This document shows positions 27,101 through 36,265 of a stretch of DNA of 64,000 nucleotides, in pieces. Below the pieces are notes generated by a model. That model saw only the letters and a list, made by a program, of their open reading frames with translations, searched no databases and had not been told where the DNA came from. Source of the DNA: Acidimicrobiia bacterium (lineage in GTDB: Bacteria > Actinomycetota > Acidimicrobiia > IMCC26256 > JAENVU01); NCBI GenBank assembly GCA_031362155.1, contig JANLRZ010000218.1, positions 9,940 through 73,939 of the forward strand, given 5' to 3'. Position numbers and translations under genes: made by a program. The first letter of the stretch is position 1, and the number at the start of each line of letters is the position of its first letter.

Positions 27101-30100
27101 TCAAGAACCGGGGACGTCGGCGAACGCGTCGAGCAACAGGTTCTCCTGTTCCCGGTCATGCACGGTTGAACTCCCGCTCGCGGGGCTCGGTGACGGCGGG
27201 CGCGCGATGTGGCGCAGCCGGGCCTGATCCCGCAGGATCCGATGCAGTTTGCCGTGCACGTAATTCCACGGACCCATGTTGGCCGGTTCCTCCTGGACCC
27301 AGTACACCTCGTTGCACCCGGTGTACTTCTCGGCCAACGCGATGAGCTGCTCCTCCGGCCAGGGGTAGAGCTGCTCGACGCGCACGATCGCGACCGGCGC
27401 GCCCCGTTCGTCGCGGCGATCCAGGAGTTCGTGCGCGATCTTGCCCGAACAGAGCAACACCCGGGTGACCTGCGCGGGATCGATCGTGAGTCGCGGGTCG
27501 TCGAGGATCTCCTGGAAACTGCCCGATGTCAGCGCCTCAACCGGTGAGCGCGTCGCGGGGACCCGCAGGTACTTCTTCGGCGTGAAGCACACCAGCGGCT
27601 TGCGCGACGGCGCGTGGCTCTGGCGGCGGAGCACGTGGAAGTACTGCGCCGCGGTGGTGGGGTAACAGACCCGTAGATTGCTTTCGGCGCAGAGGGCGAG
27701 GAAGCGTTCGATGCGCGCGCTCGAGTGTTCGGGTCCCTGACCTTCGAACCCGTGGGGGAGCAGCATTGCGAGGCGCGCCTGCTGTCCCCACTTGTCTTCC
27801 GCGGCGACGATGAACTGGTCGATGATGATCTGCGCGCCGTTCATGAAGTCGCCGAACTGCGCTTCCCAACCGACCCAGGCTCGATCGTCGGCGACGGCAT
27901 AGCCGTACTCGAAGCCGAGCGCGGCGTACTCGGAGAGCACCGAGTCGTACAGCATCACGGGGGCTTGGTCGTCGGAGATGTGACGGAGCGGGCAGAACTC
28001 GGACTCGTTCTCCGAGTCGACCAACACCCCGTGGCGCTGGCTGAACGTGCCTCGGCGGGTGTCCTGGCCCGAGAGCCGCACCGGAATGCCTTCGAGCGCC
28101 AAAGTGCCGAACGCGAGCGACTCGGCCAGCGCCCAGTCGATCTGGTCGGAGGCGAAATCGGTGGCGCGAGCGCGCAGGATCTTCTCCAGCTTCGGGTTGA
28201 TCGCGAAGTCGTCGGGCCAGCCGACGAGTGCGTCGACGACCTGTTGCAATCGCGCCCGGTCCACGCCGGTGACGACCGCCGATTCCACCTGCTCGCCGAC
28301 GAAGATGTTGACCGGGATGGTCGGCGGACCCGACGCGTGGGTCTCCTCGAAGGCACTGTCGAGGCGGACCTGAAAGTCTTCGAGTGCGGCCTCGGCCTGG
28401 TCGAGGGTGAAGTCGCCGCGGTTGACGAGGGTCTCGGTGTAGAGCTTGCGCACGCTGCGTCGAGCCCGAATCAACTGGTACATCTTCGGCTGGGTGAACG
28501 CAGGTTCGTCGCCCTCGTTGTGGCCGTACCGGCGGTAGCAGACCATGTCGACGACCACGTCCTTGTGGAACCGCTGCCGGAACTCGTAGGCGAGTTGTAC
28601 GACGCGCACGCACGCCTCGGGGTCGTCGCCGTTCACGTGGAAGATCGGCGCTTGGACCATCTTGGCGATGTCGGTCGCGTACACGCCGGAGCGGCCGAGT
28701 TCGGGCGCGGTCGTGAACCCGAGTTGATTGTTGACGACAATGTGGATGGTGCCGCCGACCTCGTAGCCGGGAACCTCCGAGAGGTTGAGGGTCTCGGCCA
28801 CCACTCCCTGGCCCGCGAAGGCCGCGTCGCCGTGCACCAACACGGGCAGCACGTGGCAGCGTTCGCTGTCGTCGATGCGGTCGCCCTTGGCCCGGGCCAT
28901 TCCCTCGACCACGGGGTCGACCGCTTCGAGGTGGCTGGGGTTCGACGCCAGCGACACGCCGATCTGCTTGCCCGACGGCGCGGTGTGGGTTCCGGTTGCG
29001 CCGACGTGGTACTTCACGTCGCCGGAGCCCTGCACCGACGACGCATCGAGCGCGCCTTCGAACTCGCGGAAGATCTGGCCGTAGCTCTTGCCCACCGTGT
29101 TGACCAAGACATTGAGCCGGCCGCGGTGGGCGGTACCGAGCACCATTTCGGCCATGTTGCCGTCGGCCGCGGCGTTCAAGAGCGCGTCGAGCATCGGGAT
29201 CAGGCTCTCGGCGCCTTCGAGGCTGAACCGCTTCTGGCCGAGGTACTTGCGCTGCAAAAATCCCTCGAATGCCTCGGCCGCATTGAGCCGGTCGAGGATG
29301 CGCTGCTGAACGGCAGGGTCGGGCGCCGGGGCGCGTCGTTCGACGTGCTCCTGGACCCATTCCTTGTGCTCGGGTTCCTGCATATGCATGAACTCGACGC
29401 CGACCGAACGGGAATACGCGTCGCGGAGGATGCCGAGAATGTCGCGCAGGGGCATGGTCTTCTGGCCGGTGGTCCCGCCGGCCAGGCTGCCGATCGGAAA
29501 CTCACGATCGAGGTCCCAAATGCTGAGCCCGTAGTGGGTGATGTCCAGCTCCGGGTGGGTGTCGGGCTCGCGCCGGCCGAGTGGGTCGAGGTTGGCGATC
29601 AGGTGGCCACGCACCCGGTACATGTTGATCAGTTGGTGGACGTGGACGACCTTCTCGTTGTGCGCGGCCTCGTCGTCGAGTGGGCTGATGTCGGTGCTCC
29701 ACCGGGCGGGTTCGTAGGGCACCGAGAAGCTCTGGAAGATCCCGTCGTAGAAACCGTCTTGACCGAGCAGGAGATCGTGGATCGACCGCAGGAACTCCCC
29801 GCTCTCTGCGCCCTGGATCACTCGATGGTCGTAGGTGCTCGTGAGCGTGATGATCTTGCTGATGCCGAGGCGGGCGATGGTCTGCGGATCGGCCCCTTCG
29901 TACTCGGCGGGATACCCGATCGAACCGACTCCGAGAATGAAGCCCTGGCCCGGCATGAGGCGCGGGACCGAGTGGACCGTGCCGATCATGCCCGGGTTGG
30001 TGATGGTCCCCGTCGTGCCCGCGAAATCGTCGGGTGTGATCTTGCCGGTGCGGACCTTGCGAATCATCTCCTCGTACGCCGCGAAGAACCCCGCGAAGTC

Positions 30101-30739
30101 GAGCGTGTCGACGCCTCTGAGGTTGGGGACGAGGAGGGTGCGCGAGCCGTCGGATTTTGCGACATCGACCGCGAGCCCCAGGTTGGTGTGATCGTGGCGC
30201 ACGACGACGGGCCCACCGTCGACCACCCCGTAGCCCGATGCCATCGCGGGGACCCGGCGCACCGCTTGGACCGCGGCGTAGGCGATGAGGTGGGTGAAGC
30301 TCACCTTGCCGCGTCCCGTGCGGCTCAGGTGGTTGTTCAGGATCTGGCGGTTGACCTCGAGCAGCTTGGCCGGGACGTTGCGGACCGAGGTCGCCGTCGG
30401 GACGCCGAGGCTCGCCTCCATGTTCTCCACGATGCGCGCGGCCGCGCCGCGGATCGGCTTGGGCTCCTCGCCGTCGAGCACGAGCGGCGCGTTGGTGCTC
30501 GCCCGCTTGGGTTCGCTCGGTGGCTCCTGCCGAATGGTCATCGACGGGGTCGATGGGGTAACCGGCGCCGGTGCGACGTGATCGCCGTTGGTCGGCACCG
30601 GGGTGGCGGCCGGCGCCGAGTAATCGGAGAAAAAGTCCCGCCATGCTGCCGAGACCGACGACGGGTCCGCCTGGTACTGGCGGAACATCTCGTCGACGAG
30701 TCCGGAGTTGGGGCCGAGGTCCTCGAAAGTGTTGGTCAC
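27101..30739 (-). CDS. kgd: Multifunctional 2-oxoglutarate dehydrogenase/decarboxylase E1 with fused E2-like succinyltransferase domain (Kgd/OdhA type)
   Basis: GTG 30739 (VTNTFEDLGPNSGLVDEMFRQYQADPSSVS). E2 catalytic motif TSTYDHRVIQGAESGEFL. E1o/ThDP region includes MGTAHRGRLNVL and HGDAAFAGQGVV; about 1212 aa. The first 54 codons of ORF 27101..30901 look non-coding. Confidence 0.92.
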   Translation of the reverse strand: MTNTFEDLGPNSGLVDEMFRQYQADPSSVSAAWRDFFSDYSAPAATPVPTNGDHVAPAPVTPSTPSMTIRQEPPSEPKRASTNAPLVLDGEEPKPIRGAAARIVENMEASLGVPTATSVRNVPAKLLEVNRQILNNHLSRTGRGKVSFTHLIAYAAVQAVRRVPAMASGYGVVDGGPVVVRHDHTNLGLAVDVAKSDGSRTLLVPNLRGVDTLDFAGFFAAYEEMIRKVRTGKITPDDFAGTTGTITNPGMIGTVHSVPRLMPGQGFILGVGSIGYPAEYEGADPQTIARLGISKIITLTSTYDHRVIQGAESGEFLRSIHDLLLGQDGFYDGIFQSFSVPYEPARWSTDISPLDDEAAHNEKVVHVHQLINMYRVRGHLIANLDPLGRREPDTHPELDITHYGLSIWDLDREFPIGSLAGGTTGQKTMPLRDILGILRDAYSRSVGVEFMHMQEPEHKEWVQEHVERRAPAPDPAVQQRILDRLNAAEAFEGFLQRKYLGQKRFSLEGAESLIPMLDALLNAAADGNMAEMVLGTAHRGRLNVLVNTVGKSYGQIFREFEGALDASSVQGSGDVKYHVGATGTHTAPSGKQIGVSLASNPSHLEAVDPVVEGMARAKGDRIDDSERCHVLPVLVHGDAAFAGQGVVAETLNLSEVPGYEVGGTIHIVVNNQLGFTTAPELGRSGVYATDIAKMVQAPIFHVNGDDPEACVRVVQLAYEFRQRFHKDVVVDMVCYRRYGHNEGDEPAFTQPKMYQLIRARRSVRKLYTETLVNRGDFTLDQAEAALEDFQVRLDSAFEETHASGPPTIPVNIFVGEQVESAVVTGVDRARLQQVVDALVGWPDDFAINPKLEKILRARATDFASDQIDWALAESLAFGTLALEGIPVRLSGQDTRRGTFSQRHGVLVDSENESEFCPLRHISDDQAPVMLYDSVLSEYAALGFEYGYAVADDRAWVGWEAQFGDFMNGAQIIIDQFIVAAEDKWGQQARLAMLLPHGFEGQGPEHSSARIERFLALCAESNLRVCYPTTAAQYFHVLRRQSHAPSRKPLVCFTPKKYLRVPATRSPVEALTSGSFQEILDDPRLTIDPAQVTRVLLCSGKIAHELLDRRDERGAPVAIVRVEQLYPWPEEQLIALAEKYTGCNEVYWVQEEPANMGPWNYVHGKLHRILRDQARLRHIARPPSPSPASGSSTVHDREQENLLLDAFADVPGS

Positions 30740-30768
30740 GGGCCTGAGGCTACAGGCCGGTGTTTCGG

Positions 30769-32130
30769 TCAGCCGCGGAGGAGTTCGGCGGTCTGGAACG
30801 CCAAGTCGAGCGACTGCCGGGCGTTCAGACGGGGATCGCACATCGTCTCGTACCGCTGGTCCAGGTCGGTACCGAGGACCTCGGCGGTCCCGCCCAGACA
30901 CTCGGTCACGTTGTCGCCGGTGAGTTCGACGTGGACGCCTCCGGGCCAGACCCCGGCGGCGCGACAGACCTCGAAGAAGCCCCGTAGCTCGGCCATGACG
31001 TCGTCGAACTGGCGGGTCTTGACCCCGCTCGAGTGCGTAAAGGTGTTGCCGTGCATCGGGTCGCAGGCCCAGACGACGGGCAACCCCGTGTCGCGAACGG
31101 CATCGACCAGCGGTGGGAGCCGATCGGCGACGAGGTCTTTGCCCATTCGGCTGATGAGCATCAGCCGACCGGGTCGCGCGTCAGGGTTGAGGCGCTTGCA
31201 GAGCGCGATCACTTCGTCGGGGCTGCTCGACGGTCCGATCTTCACCCCGATCGGGTTGCCGACCCCGGCGAGAAACTCCACGTGGGCACCGTCGAGCTGG
31301 CGAGTGCGGTCACCGATCCATAGGAGGTGCGCCGAGCAGTCGTACCAATCGTCGGTGAGGGTGTCCTGGCGCGTGAGCGCTTCCTCGTAGTCGAGGAGCA
31401 GCGCTTCGTGCGAGGTGTAGAAGTCGACCTCGTGCAGTTGGAGCTCGGCGTCGAGGTCGATGCCGCAGGCCCGCATGAATCGCAGGGCGCGTTCGATCTC
31501 CGAGGCCACGCTCTCGTACCGGCGGCCCTCGGGGCTGGCGGTGACGAAGTCCTGATTCCACGCATGGACTTGGGCGAGGTCGGCGTACCCGCCCTTGGTG
31601 AAGGCGCGCAGCAGGTTCAGGGTGGAGGCCGACTGGTGGTAGCCGCGCATCAGTCGATGCGGGTCGGGTTGGCGGGCCGCCGCGTCGAAGGCGATGTCGT
31701 TCACCATGTCGCCGCGAAAGCTCGGCAATTCGACGCCGTCGATGAGCTCGGTCGCGGATGACCTCGGCTTGGCGAACTGGCCGGCAATGCGACCGATCTT
31801 GATCGTGGGCACTCCGGCGCCGTAGGTCAACACGACCGACATTTGGAGGATGACCTTCAGCTTGTCGCGAATCGCATTGGCCGAGAACGCACTGAACGCC
31901 TCGGCGCAGTCGCCGGCCTGGAGGACGAACGCCTTGCCCTCACTCGCGAGGGCGAGCGACTCGGTGAGTGTGCGGGCCTCGCCGGCGAACACCAGCGGTG
32001 GGACGGCGCGGAGTTCGCCGAGCACGTCGCCCAGGGTGGGTTCGGGCCAGTCGGGATGCTGGGTGACGGGCCGGGTCCGCCAGGACGCGGGGCTCCACGG
32101 GTGTTCGGGAGTGGGGTCGGTGGGAGTCAT
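30769..32130 (-). CDS. aroG: Class II 3-deoxy-D-arabino-heptulosonate-7-phosphate (DAHP) synthase
   Basis: Typical class II segments are LVFAGEARTL, LQAGDCAE, KIGRIAGQFAKPRS and HGNT. Start chosen at Met10 (32130) to avoid overlap with bpa; 32157 is the alternative. Confidence 0.9.
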   Translation of the reverse strand: MTPTDPTPEHPWSPASWRTRPVTQHPDWPEPTLGDVLGELRAVPPLVFAGEARTLTESLALASEGKAFVLQAGDCAEAFSAFSANAIRDKLKVILQMSVVLTYGAGVPTIKIGRIAGQFAKPRSSATELIDGVELPSFRGDMVNDIAFDAAARQPDPHRLMRGYHQSASTLNLLRAFTKGGYADLAQVHAWNQDFVTASPEGRRYESVASEIERALRFMRACGIDLDAELQLHEVDFYTSHEALLLDYEEALTRQDTLTDDWYDCSAHLLWIGDRTRQLDGAHVEFLAGVGNPIGVKIGPSSSPDEVIALCKRLNPDARPGRLMLISRMGKDLVADRLPPLVDAVRDTGLPVVWACDPMHGNTFTHSSGVKTRQFDDVMAELRGFFEVCRAAGVWPGGVHVELTGDNVTECLGGTAEVLGTDLDQRYETMCDPRLNARQSLDLAFQTAELLRG

Positions 32131-32134
32131 CGGA

Positions 32135-32689
32135 TCAGAGGTACTGCCCGGGTGCACGCTCGGTCATGCCTTCGGGCGCGCCGATCTCGAGGGCGTGACG
32201 GCGCCGCATCTCCTCGAACTGCTGCTGCGCCGTGGCCTGTTGCGTAAACAGCGTTGCTTGAATGCCGTGGAACAGACCTTCGAGCCAGCCGACGAGTTGT
32301 GCCTGGGCGAGCCGGAGTTCGGACTCGCTCGGCGTCGGGTCGTTGAGGGGGAGCGCGACTTCGCGCAGTTCCTGGCGCAGCTCGGGAGAGAGGATGCCTT
32401 CGAGCTCGTGGACCGACCGCTCGTGGATCTCGCGCAAGGCCCGACGGCCGGCGTCGTCGAGCGGGGCCCGGCGAACTTCGTCCAACATCGAGCGCACCAT
32501 CGACGCAATGCGGATGAGCTTGGTCGGGCGCAGCACCTGCTCGTCGAACTCCTCGACGTCCTTCGCCGCCGACGCCGCGTCCGACTCCGCGTTCGGGTCG
32601 AGGGTGTTCGGTTCGAGGGCGTCGGGGTTCGGGGCGTCGCCGTTGAGGACGATGTCGGGCACGACGGGGGCGGACTCAGGACTCGACAT
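32135..32689 (-). CDS. bpa: Bacterial proteasome activator Bpa/PafE
   Basis: ATG 32689. The AQAQLVGWLEGLFHGIQ core and the extreme C-terminal GQYL proteasome-docking motif are both visible, and the N-terminus is acidic and disordered. It closely matches my memory of M. tuberculosis Bpa. Confidence 0.9.
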   Translation of the reverse strand: MSSPESAPVVPDIVLNGDAPNPDALEPNTLDPNAESDAASAAKDVEEFDEQVLRPTKLIRIASMVRSMLDEVRRAPLDDAGRRALREIHERSVHELEGILSPELRQELREVALPLNDPTPSESELRLAQAQLVGWLEGLFHGIQATLFTQQATAQQQFEEMRRRHALEIGAPEGMTERAPGQYL

Positions 32690-32739
32690 TCGGGCAACGT
32701 TACCGGTCGTGCGCTCCGGGAGCCGCAGCGATATCGCTC

Positions 32740-33522
32740 TCAGAACACCGCGGGCGGTGTCCGGCCCACGGCACCGGCGGCCCGGGGGCCCGGAACGTCG
32801 TGGAATCGGTACGGCTCGGCCTCGCGCCCGGGTTGGCACACCCAACACTCGCCGGTGCGGCCAGTGGTCACAATCGTGAAGACCGCATCGGCGATCTGAG
32901 ACGCGGGCATCAGCGGGAAGTCGTTCGCGGCGAAGAGCGCCTTGGTGTCCTCCTTCAAGATATTGGTGTCGGTCATGCCCGGGTTCACGGTGTTCGCCGT
33001 GATGCCCTTCGCCTGCAACGGCGGCGCCACGCTGCGGATGAACCCGGCGACGGCGTGTTTGCTGAGGTCATAGACCGGGTCGAACGGGAACGGGATCAGG
33101 CCCGCGAGTGAGCTGGTTGCGACGATCGCCCCTCCGCCGCGCCGTTCCATGGCGCGGATCGCGGCGCGGGTGCCCCACACCACGCCGTCGACGTTCACCC
33201 GCATGATGCGGTGGTAGACGTCGTCGGCGAGCGTGGTCATGTCGGCCACGCCGATCGCGATCCCGGCGTTGAGGAACGCGAGATCGACCCCACCGAGTTC
33301 GCGCTCGCACGTGGCGAAGGCGGCGTCCACCTCGGCCGACTCGCCGGCGTCGGCGTGCACGAAGGCCCCACCGACCGCGTCGGCGACTGCCTGACCGCTG
33401 ACATCGTCGAAGTCGACGGCGCAGATCGTCGCGCCTTCATGTGCGAACCGTTCCGCGGTCGCCCGGCCGATCCCCGAGCCTGCGCCGGTGATCAGTGCGA
33501 CCTTGCCGTCGAGTGCGCCCAT
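32740..33522 (-). CDS. SDR-family NAD(P)-dependent oxidoreductase
   Basis: [16 protein letters not shown] (TGxxxGxG), NAG, and the catalytic S...YDLSK (YxxxK). Confidence 0.85.
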   Translation of the reverse strand: MGALDGKVALITGAGSGIGRATAERFAHEGATICAVDFDDVSGQAVADAVGGAFVHADAGESAEVDAAFATCERELGGVDLAFLNAGIAIGVADMTTLADDVYHRIMRVNVDGVVWGTRAAIRAMERRGGGAIVATSSLAGLIPFPFDPVYDLSKHAVAGFIRSVAPPLQAKGITANTVNPGMTDTNILKEDTKALFAANDFPLMPASQIADAVFTIVTTGRTGECWVCQPGREAEPYRFHDVPGPRAAGAVGRTPPAVF

Positions 33523-33578
33523 GGTGTGCTCCTTGGTCCGTTGGTCGGCGTCCGGCGTTCCCGGGGTGGATGTGTAGT

Positions 33579-33628
33579 CGAATTTGCAAATTCGAGTTAG
33601 CTATACAGTCATATAGCTAACTCGAATT
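33579..33628. promoter_or_regulatory. Nested perfect palindromes (operator-like) in the divergent SDR / TetR intergenic region
   Basis: 16-bp perfect palindrome cgaatttgcaaattcg (33579-33594), overlapping a 17-bp inverted repeat: aattcgagttagctata (33589-33605), cagtca spacer, tatagctaactcgaatt (33612-33628). The patch is A/T-rich in a GC-rich genome and ends 3 bp before the TetR GTG (33631). Confidence 0.6.
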
Positions 33629-33630
33629 CC

Positions 33631-34293
33631 GTGAAACGGGGATACGTGTCGACAACGATCAGGCCGGGGGCCCGCAAGATTGGACGAAACCAGGTGGCGC
33701 GCATGGGCGCGTCGGTCGCCCGGCGCGAGGGCGTGGACGGGGTCACGCTGCGCAAGGTCGCGGATCGGCTCGGGGTCACTCCGATGGCGCTGTACCGGTG
33801 CTTCGATTCGAGTGAAGACCTCCGGTTGGCGTCGGTCAGCTCCGCGCTCGTGCGGATCCCCGATCCGCCGGCCGCCGGCAGTGTGAGGAGCCGGCTGCGG
33901 GAGTGGGCGCAGGTGGCCCGGCCCCGGCTACGGGTCACCCGCGGCCTTGCGGATGCTTGCCTCGTCGATTGGCCCAAGATGATCGAAGGCTGCCGCATCA
34001 TGGAGGGCCTCCTCCGGGTCGCGGCCGACCACACGACGGATGCCGCGGGTCAGGTGGCGATCGCGAACGCCGTGTTCGTGTATGTGCTCACCCGGGCTAT
34101 CGCCGAACGGGCCGTGCTGGCCCGCGGCCGCCGGCGAACGATTCCGGCCATTGAGCGTCACCCCGAGCGGTTCCCGCATCTGGCGGGGAGCGAAGCTCGG
34201 TTCGCCACGATCGATGTGGATCACCACTTCGCGGTGGGACTCGACGCATTGCTCGACGGTCTCCTCACCACCCGGAAGCCCAGGAACCGATGA
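33631..34293 (+). CDS. TetR-family transcriptional regulator
   Basis: HTH region VARREGVDGVTLRKVADRLGVTPMALYRCF. GTG start at 33631. The stop overlaps the GNAT start (ATGA 34290-34293). Confidence 0.75.
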   Translation: MKRGYVSTTIRPGARKIGRNQVARMGASVARREGVDGVTLRKVADRLGVTPMALYRCFDSSEDLRLASVSSALVRIPDPPAAGSVRSRLREWAQVARPRLRVTRGLADACLVDWPKMIEGCRIMEGLLRVAADHTTDAAGQVAIANAVFVYVLTRAIAERAVLARGRRRTIPAIERHPERFPHLAGSEARFATIDVDHHFAVGLDALLDGLLTTRKPRNR

Positions 34294-34802
34294 CGATCAC
34301 AATTCGAGACTGTGAATCGGCGGATCTGCCCGCGACGGTGGCGATCTTCAACGAACTGATTCCGACGACGACGATCGCCTGGACCGATGTTCTGATCACG
34401 GTGGAGGGTCGGCATCAGTGGTGGGAGCGGCACCGCGCCCGGAGCTTCCCGGTCCTCGTCGCGATCGATGCCGCGACGACCGAGGTAGTGGGAATGGCGA
34501 GCTACTCGGACTTTCGTAACACCGCGGGCTTCGAGGGATACCGATTCTCGGTCGAACACTCGGTGCACGTGCGGGGCGACCAGCGCGGCAACGGCATCGG
34601 TCGCTCGCTGCTCGACGGGCTGATCGATCGGGCGCGCCAGGCAGGGGTGCACGTCATGGTCGGCGCGGTCGACGCCGACAACGTCGACTCACTTCGGTTC
34701 CACGAGCGGATGGGCTTCACCGAAGTGGCTCGGATGCCCGAGGTGGGATGGAAACACGATCGCTGGCTGGACCTAGTGCTGATCCAACGCATCCTGTCTT
34801 GA
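34290..34802 (+). CDS. GNAT N-acetyltransferase (phosphinothricin/amino-acid N-acetyltransferase-like)
   Basis: 170 aa. RGDQRGNGIGRSLL (Q/RxxGxG/A acetyl-CoA motif) and C-terminal FHERMGFTEV. Confidence 0.8.
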   Translation: MTITIRDCESADLPATVAIFNELIPTTTIAWTDVLITVEGRHQWWERHRARSFPVLVAIDAATTEVVGMASYSDFRNTAGFEGYRFSVEHSVHVRGDQRGNGIGRSLLDGLIDRARQAGVHVMVGAVDADNVDSLRFHERMGFTEVARMPEVGWKHDRWLDLVLIQRILS

Positions 34803-34814
34803 CGGAGTCGTTCC

Positions 34815-36236
34815 TCACATCTGGATGACGACCAACCGCTCCTGGGTCATCTCGCGCACCGCGTAGTGGGGACCTTCCTTGGTGTTCCCGCTGTCCTTGA
34901 CGCCGCCGTAGGGCATCTGGTCGGTGCGGAACGTCGGCATCTCGTTCACGGTCACACCGCCGAAGTCGAGCGAGTGGGCGGCGGTCAATGCGGCGCCGAG
35001 GTCGGTGGTGAAGATCGCGGCTTGGAGCCCATACCGGCTGTCGTTGGCGGCCGTGAGTGCTTGGTCGAGCGTCTGGTAGCCCTGGAACCCGATGAGCGGT
35101 CCGAAGACCTCTTGCGAGCAGACCTGCATCGCGGGGAGGACACCGGTGAGCACCGTCGGCCGGAGGACGTCGCCCTCGACCGACCCACCGGTCGCGATCT
35201 TGGCCCCGCCCGCGGTGGCTTCATCGATCCATCCGACGATGCGGTCGCGTTCGCCGGCGTTGATCAACGCCGACACGTTGGTGGCATCGTCCATCGGGTC
35301 ACCGACCACCAGCTGGTCGACCTGGGCGACGACCCGATCGACGAGTTCGTCGCGGATCGAGTCGTGCGCGTACACCCGTTGCACCGAGATGCAGGTCTGG
35401 CCCGAGTAGCCGAATCCACCGGCGACGATCTTGGTCGCGGCGAGTTCGAGGTTCGCATCGGGTTCGACGATGACGGGCGCGTTGTTGCCGAGTTCGAGGC
35501 CGACCTTCTTGCGCGGCGCCCGCCCCTTGATACCCCAGCCCACCTCGGGAGAGCCGGTGAAGGTGATGTAGGCGATGTCGTCATGGTCGACGATCGCGTT
35601 GCCGACGGTACCGCCACCTCCGACCACCACGTTGAGCCAGCCCGGTGGGAGACCGCACTCGTCGATCAAGACCTCGGCCAGGAGGAGCGCGGTGAGCGGC
35701 GTCTGGGATGCGGGCTTGAGCACGACCGGGCACCCCGCCGCGATCGCCGGCGCCACCTTGTGGGCGACGAGATTCAGCGGGAAGTTGAACGGGCTGATCG
35801 CGCCGACGACACCGACCGGAACGCGCAACGTGAAGCCGAACTTGCCGACGCCGGCGTCGTTGGCATCCATCGCGATCATCTCGCCGGTGAGGGTGCGGGC
35901 CTCGACCGCAGAGAACCGGAAGGTCCCGACCGAGCGCGCGGCCTCGACTCGTGCGGTGGTGATCGGCTTGGCCGCTTCGCCGGCGATGGAGCGCGCGAAG
36001 TCTTCGTGTCGTTGCGCGATCCGATCGGCGGCGGCATCGAGGATGGCGGCCCGTTGGTGGGCGGGAAGCGGGGCGCGGGCCGCCGCTTGGGCTGCGGCCA
36101 CGGCCGCGTCGACATGTTCGGCGTTCCCGATCGCGACGTCGCCGAGCGCGGTGCCGTCGAATGGAGAGCGAATGGTCGCGGTGTCGCCGGTGGTGACGCG
36201 GTCGGCGCCGATGCGAAGCGGGTGGAGTTCAGTCAT
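34815..36236 (-). CDS. NAD(P)-dependent aldehyde dehydrogenase
   Basis: KVGLELGNNAP (catalytic Glu), GYSGQTCISVQR (catalytic Cys), FTGS, EVFGP; 473 aa. Confidence 0.9.
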   Translation of the reverse strand: MTELHPLRIGADRVTTGDTATIRSPFDGTALGDVAIGNAEHVDAAVAAAQAAARAPLPAHQRAAILDAAADRIAQRHEDFARSIAGEAAKPITTARVEAARSVGTFRFSAVEARTLTGEMIAMDANDAGVGKFGFTLRVPVGVVGAISPFNFPLNLVAHKVAPAIAAGCPVVLKPASQTPLTALLLAEVLIDECGLPPGWLNVVVGGGGTVGNAIVDHDDIAYITFTGSPEVGWGIKGRAPRKKVGLELGNNAPVIVEPDANLELAATKIVAGGFGYSGQTCISVQRVYAHDSIRDELVDRVVAQVDQLVVGDPMDDATNVSALINAGERDRIVGWIDEATAGGAKIATGGSVEGDVLRPTVLTGVLPAMQVCSQEVFGPLIGFQGYQTLDQALTAANDSRYGLQAAIFTTDLGAALTAAHSLDFGGVTVNEMPTFRTDQMPYGGVKDSGNTKEGPHYAVREMTQERLVVIQM

Positions 36237-36265
36237 CTCGGCAGGATAGATCCTGCCTGCCCGAA

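Noticed and set aside
27725-31390. 1221-aa plus-strand ORF
   Set aside because: It is antisense to kgd and aroG. It has no recognisable domains and is a shadow ORF.
34815-36265. Aldehyde dehydrogenase as part of the Tad operon
   Set aside because: It is on the same strand, 29 bp downstream of the DnaB-C-like gene, but there is no overlap and a small hairpin (ggcagg-atagat-cctgcc, 36240-36257) lies between them. Its function is unrelated, and co-transcription cannot be judged from sequence.
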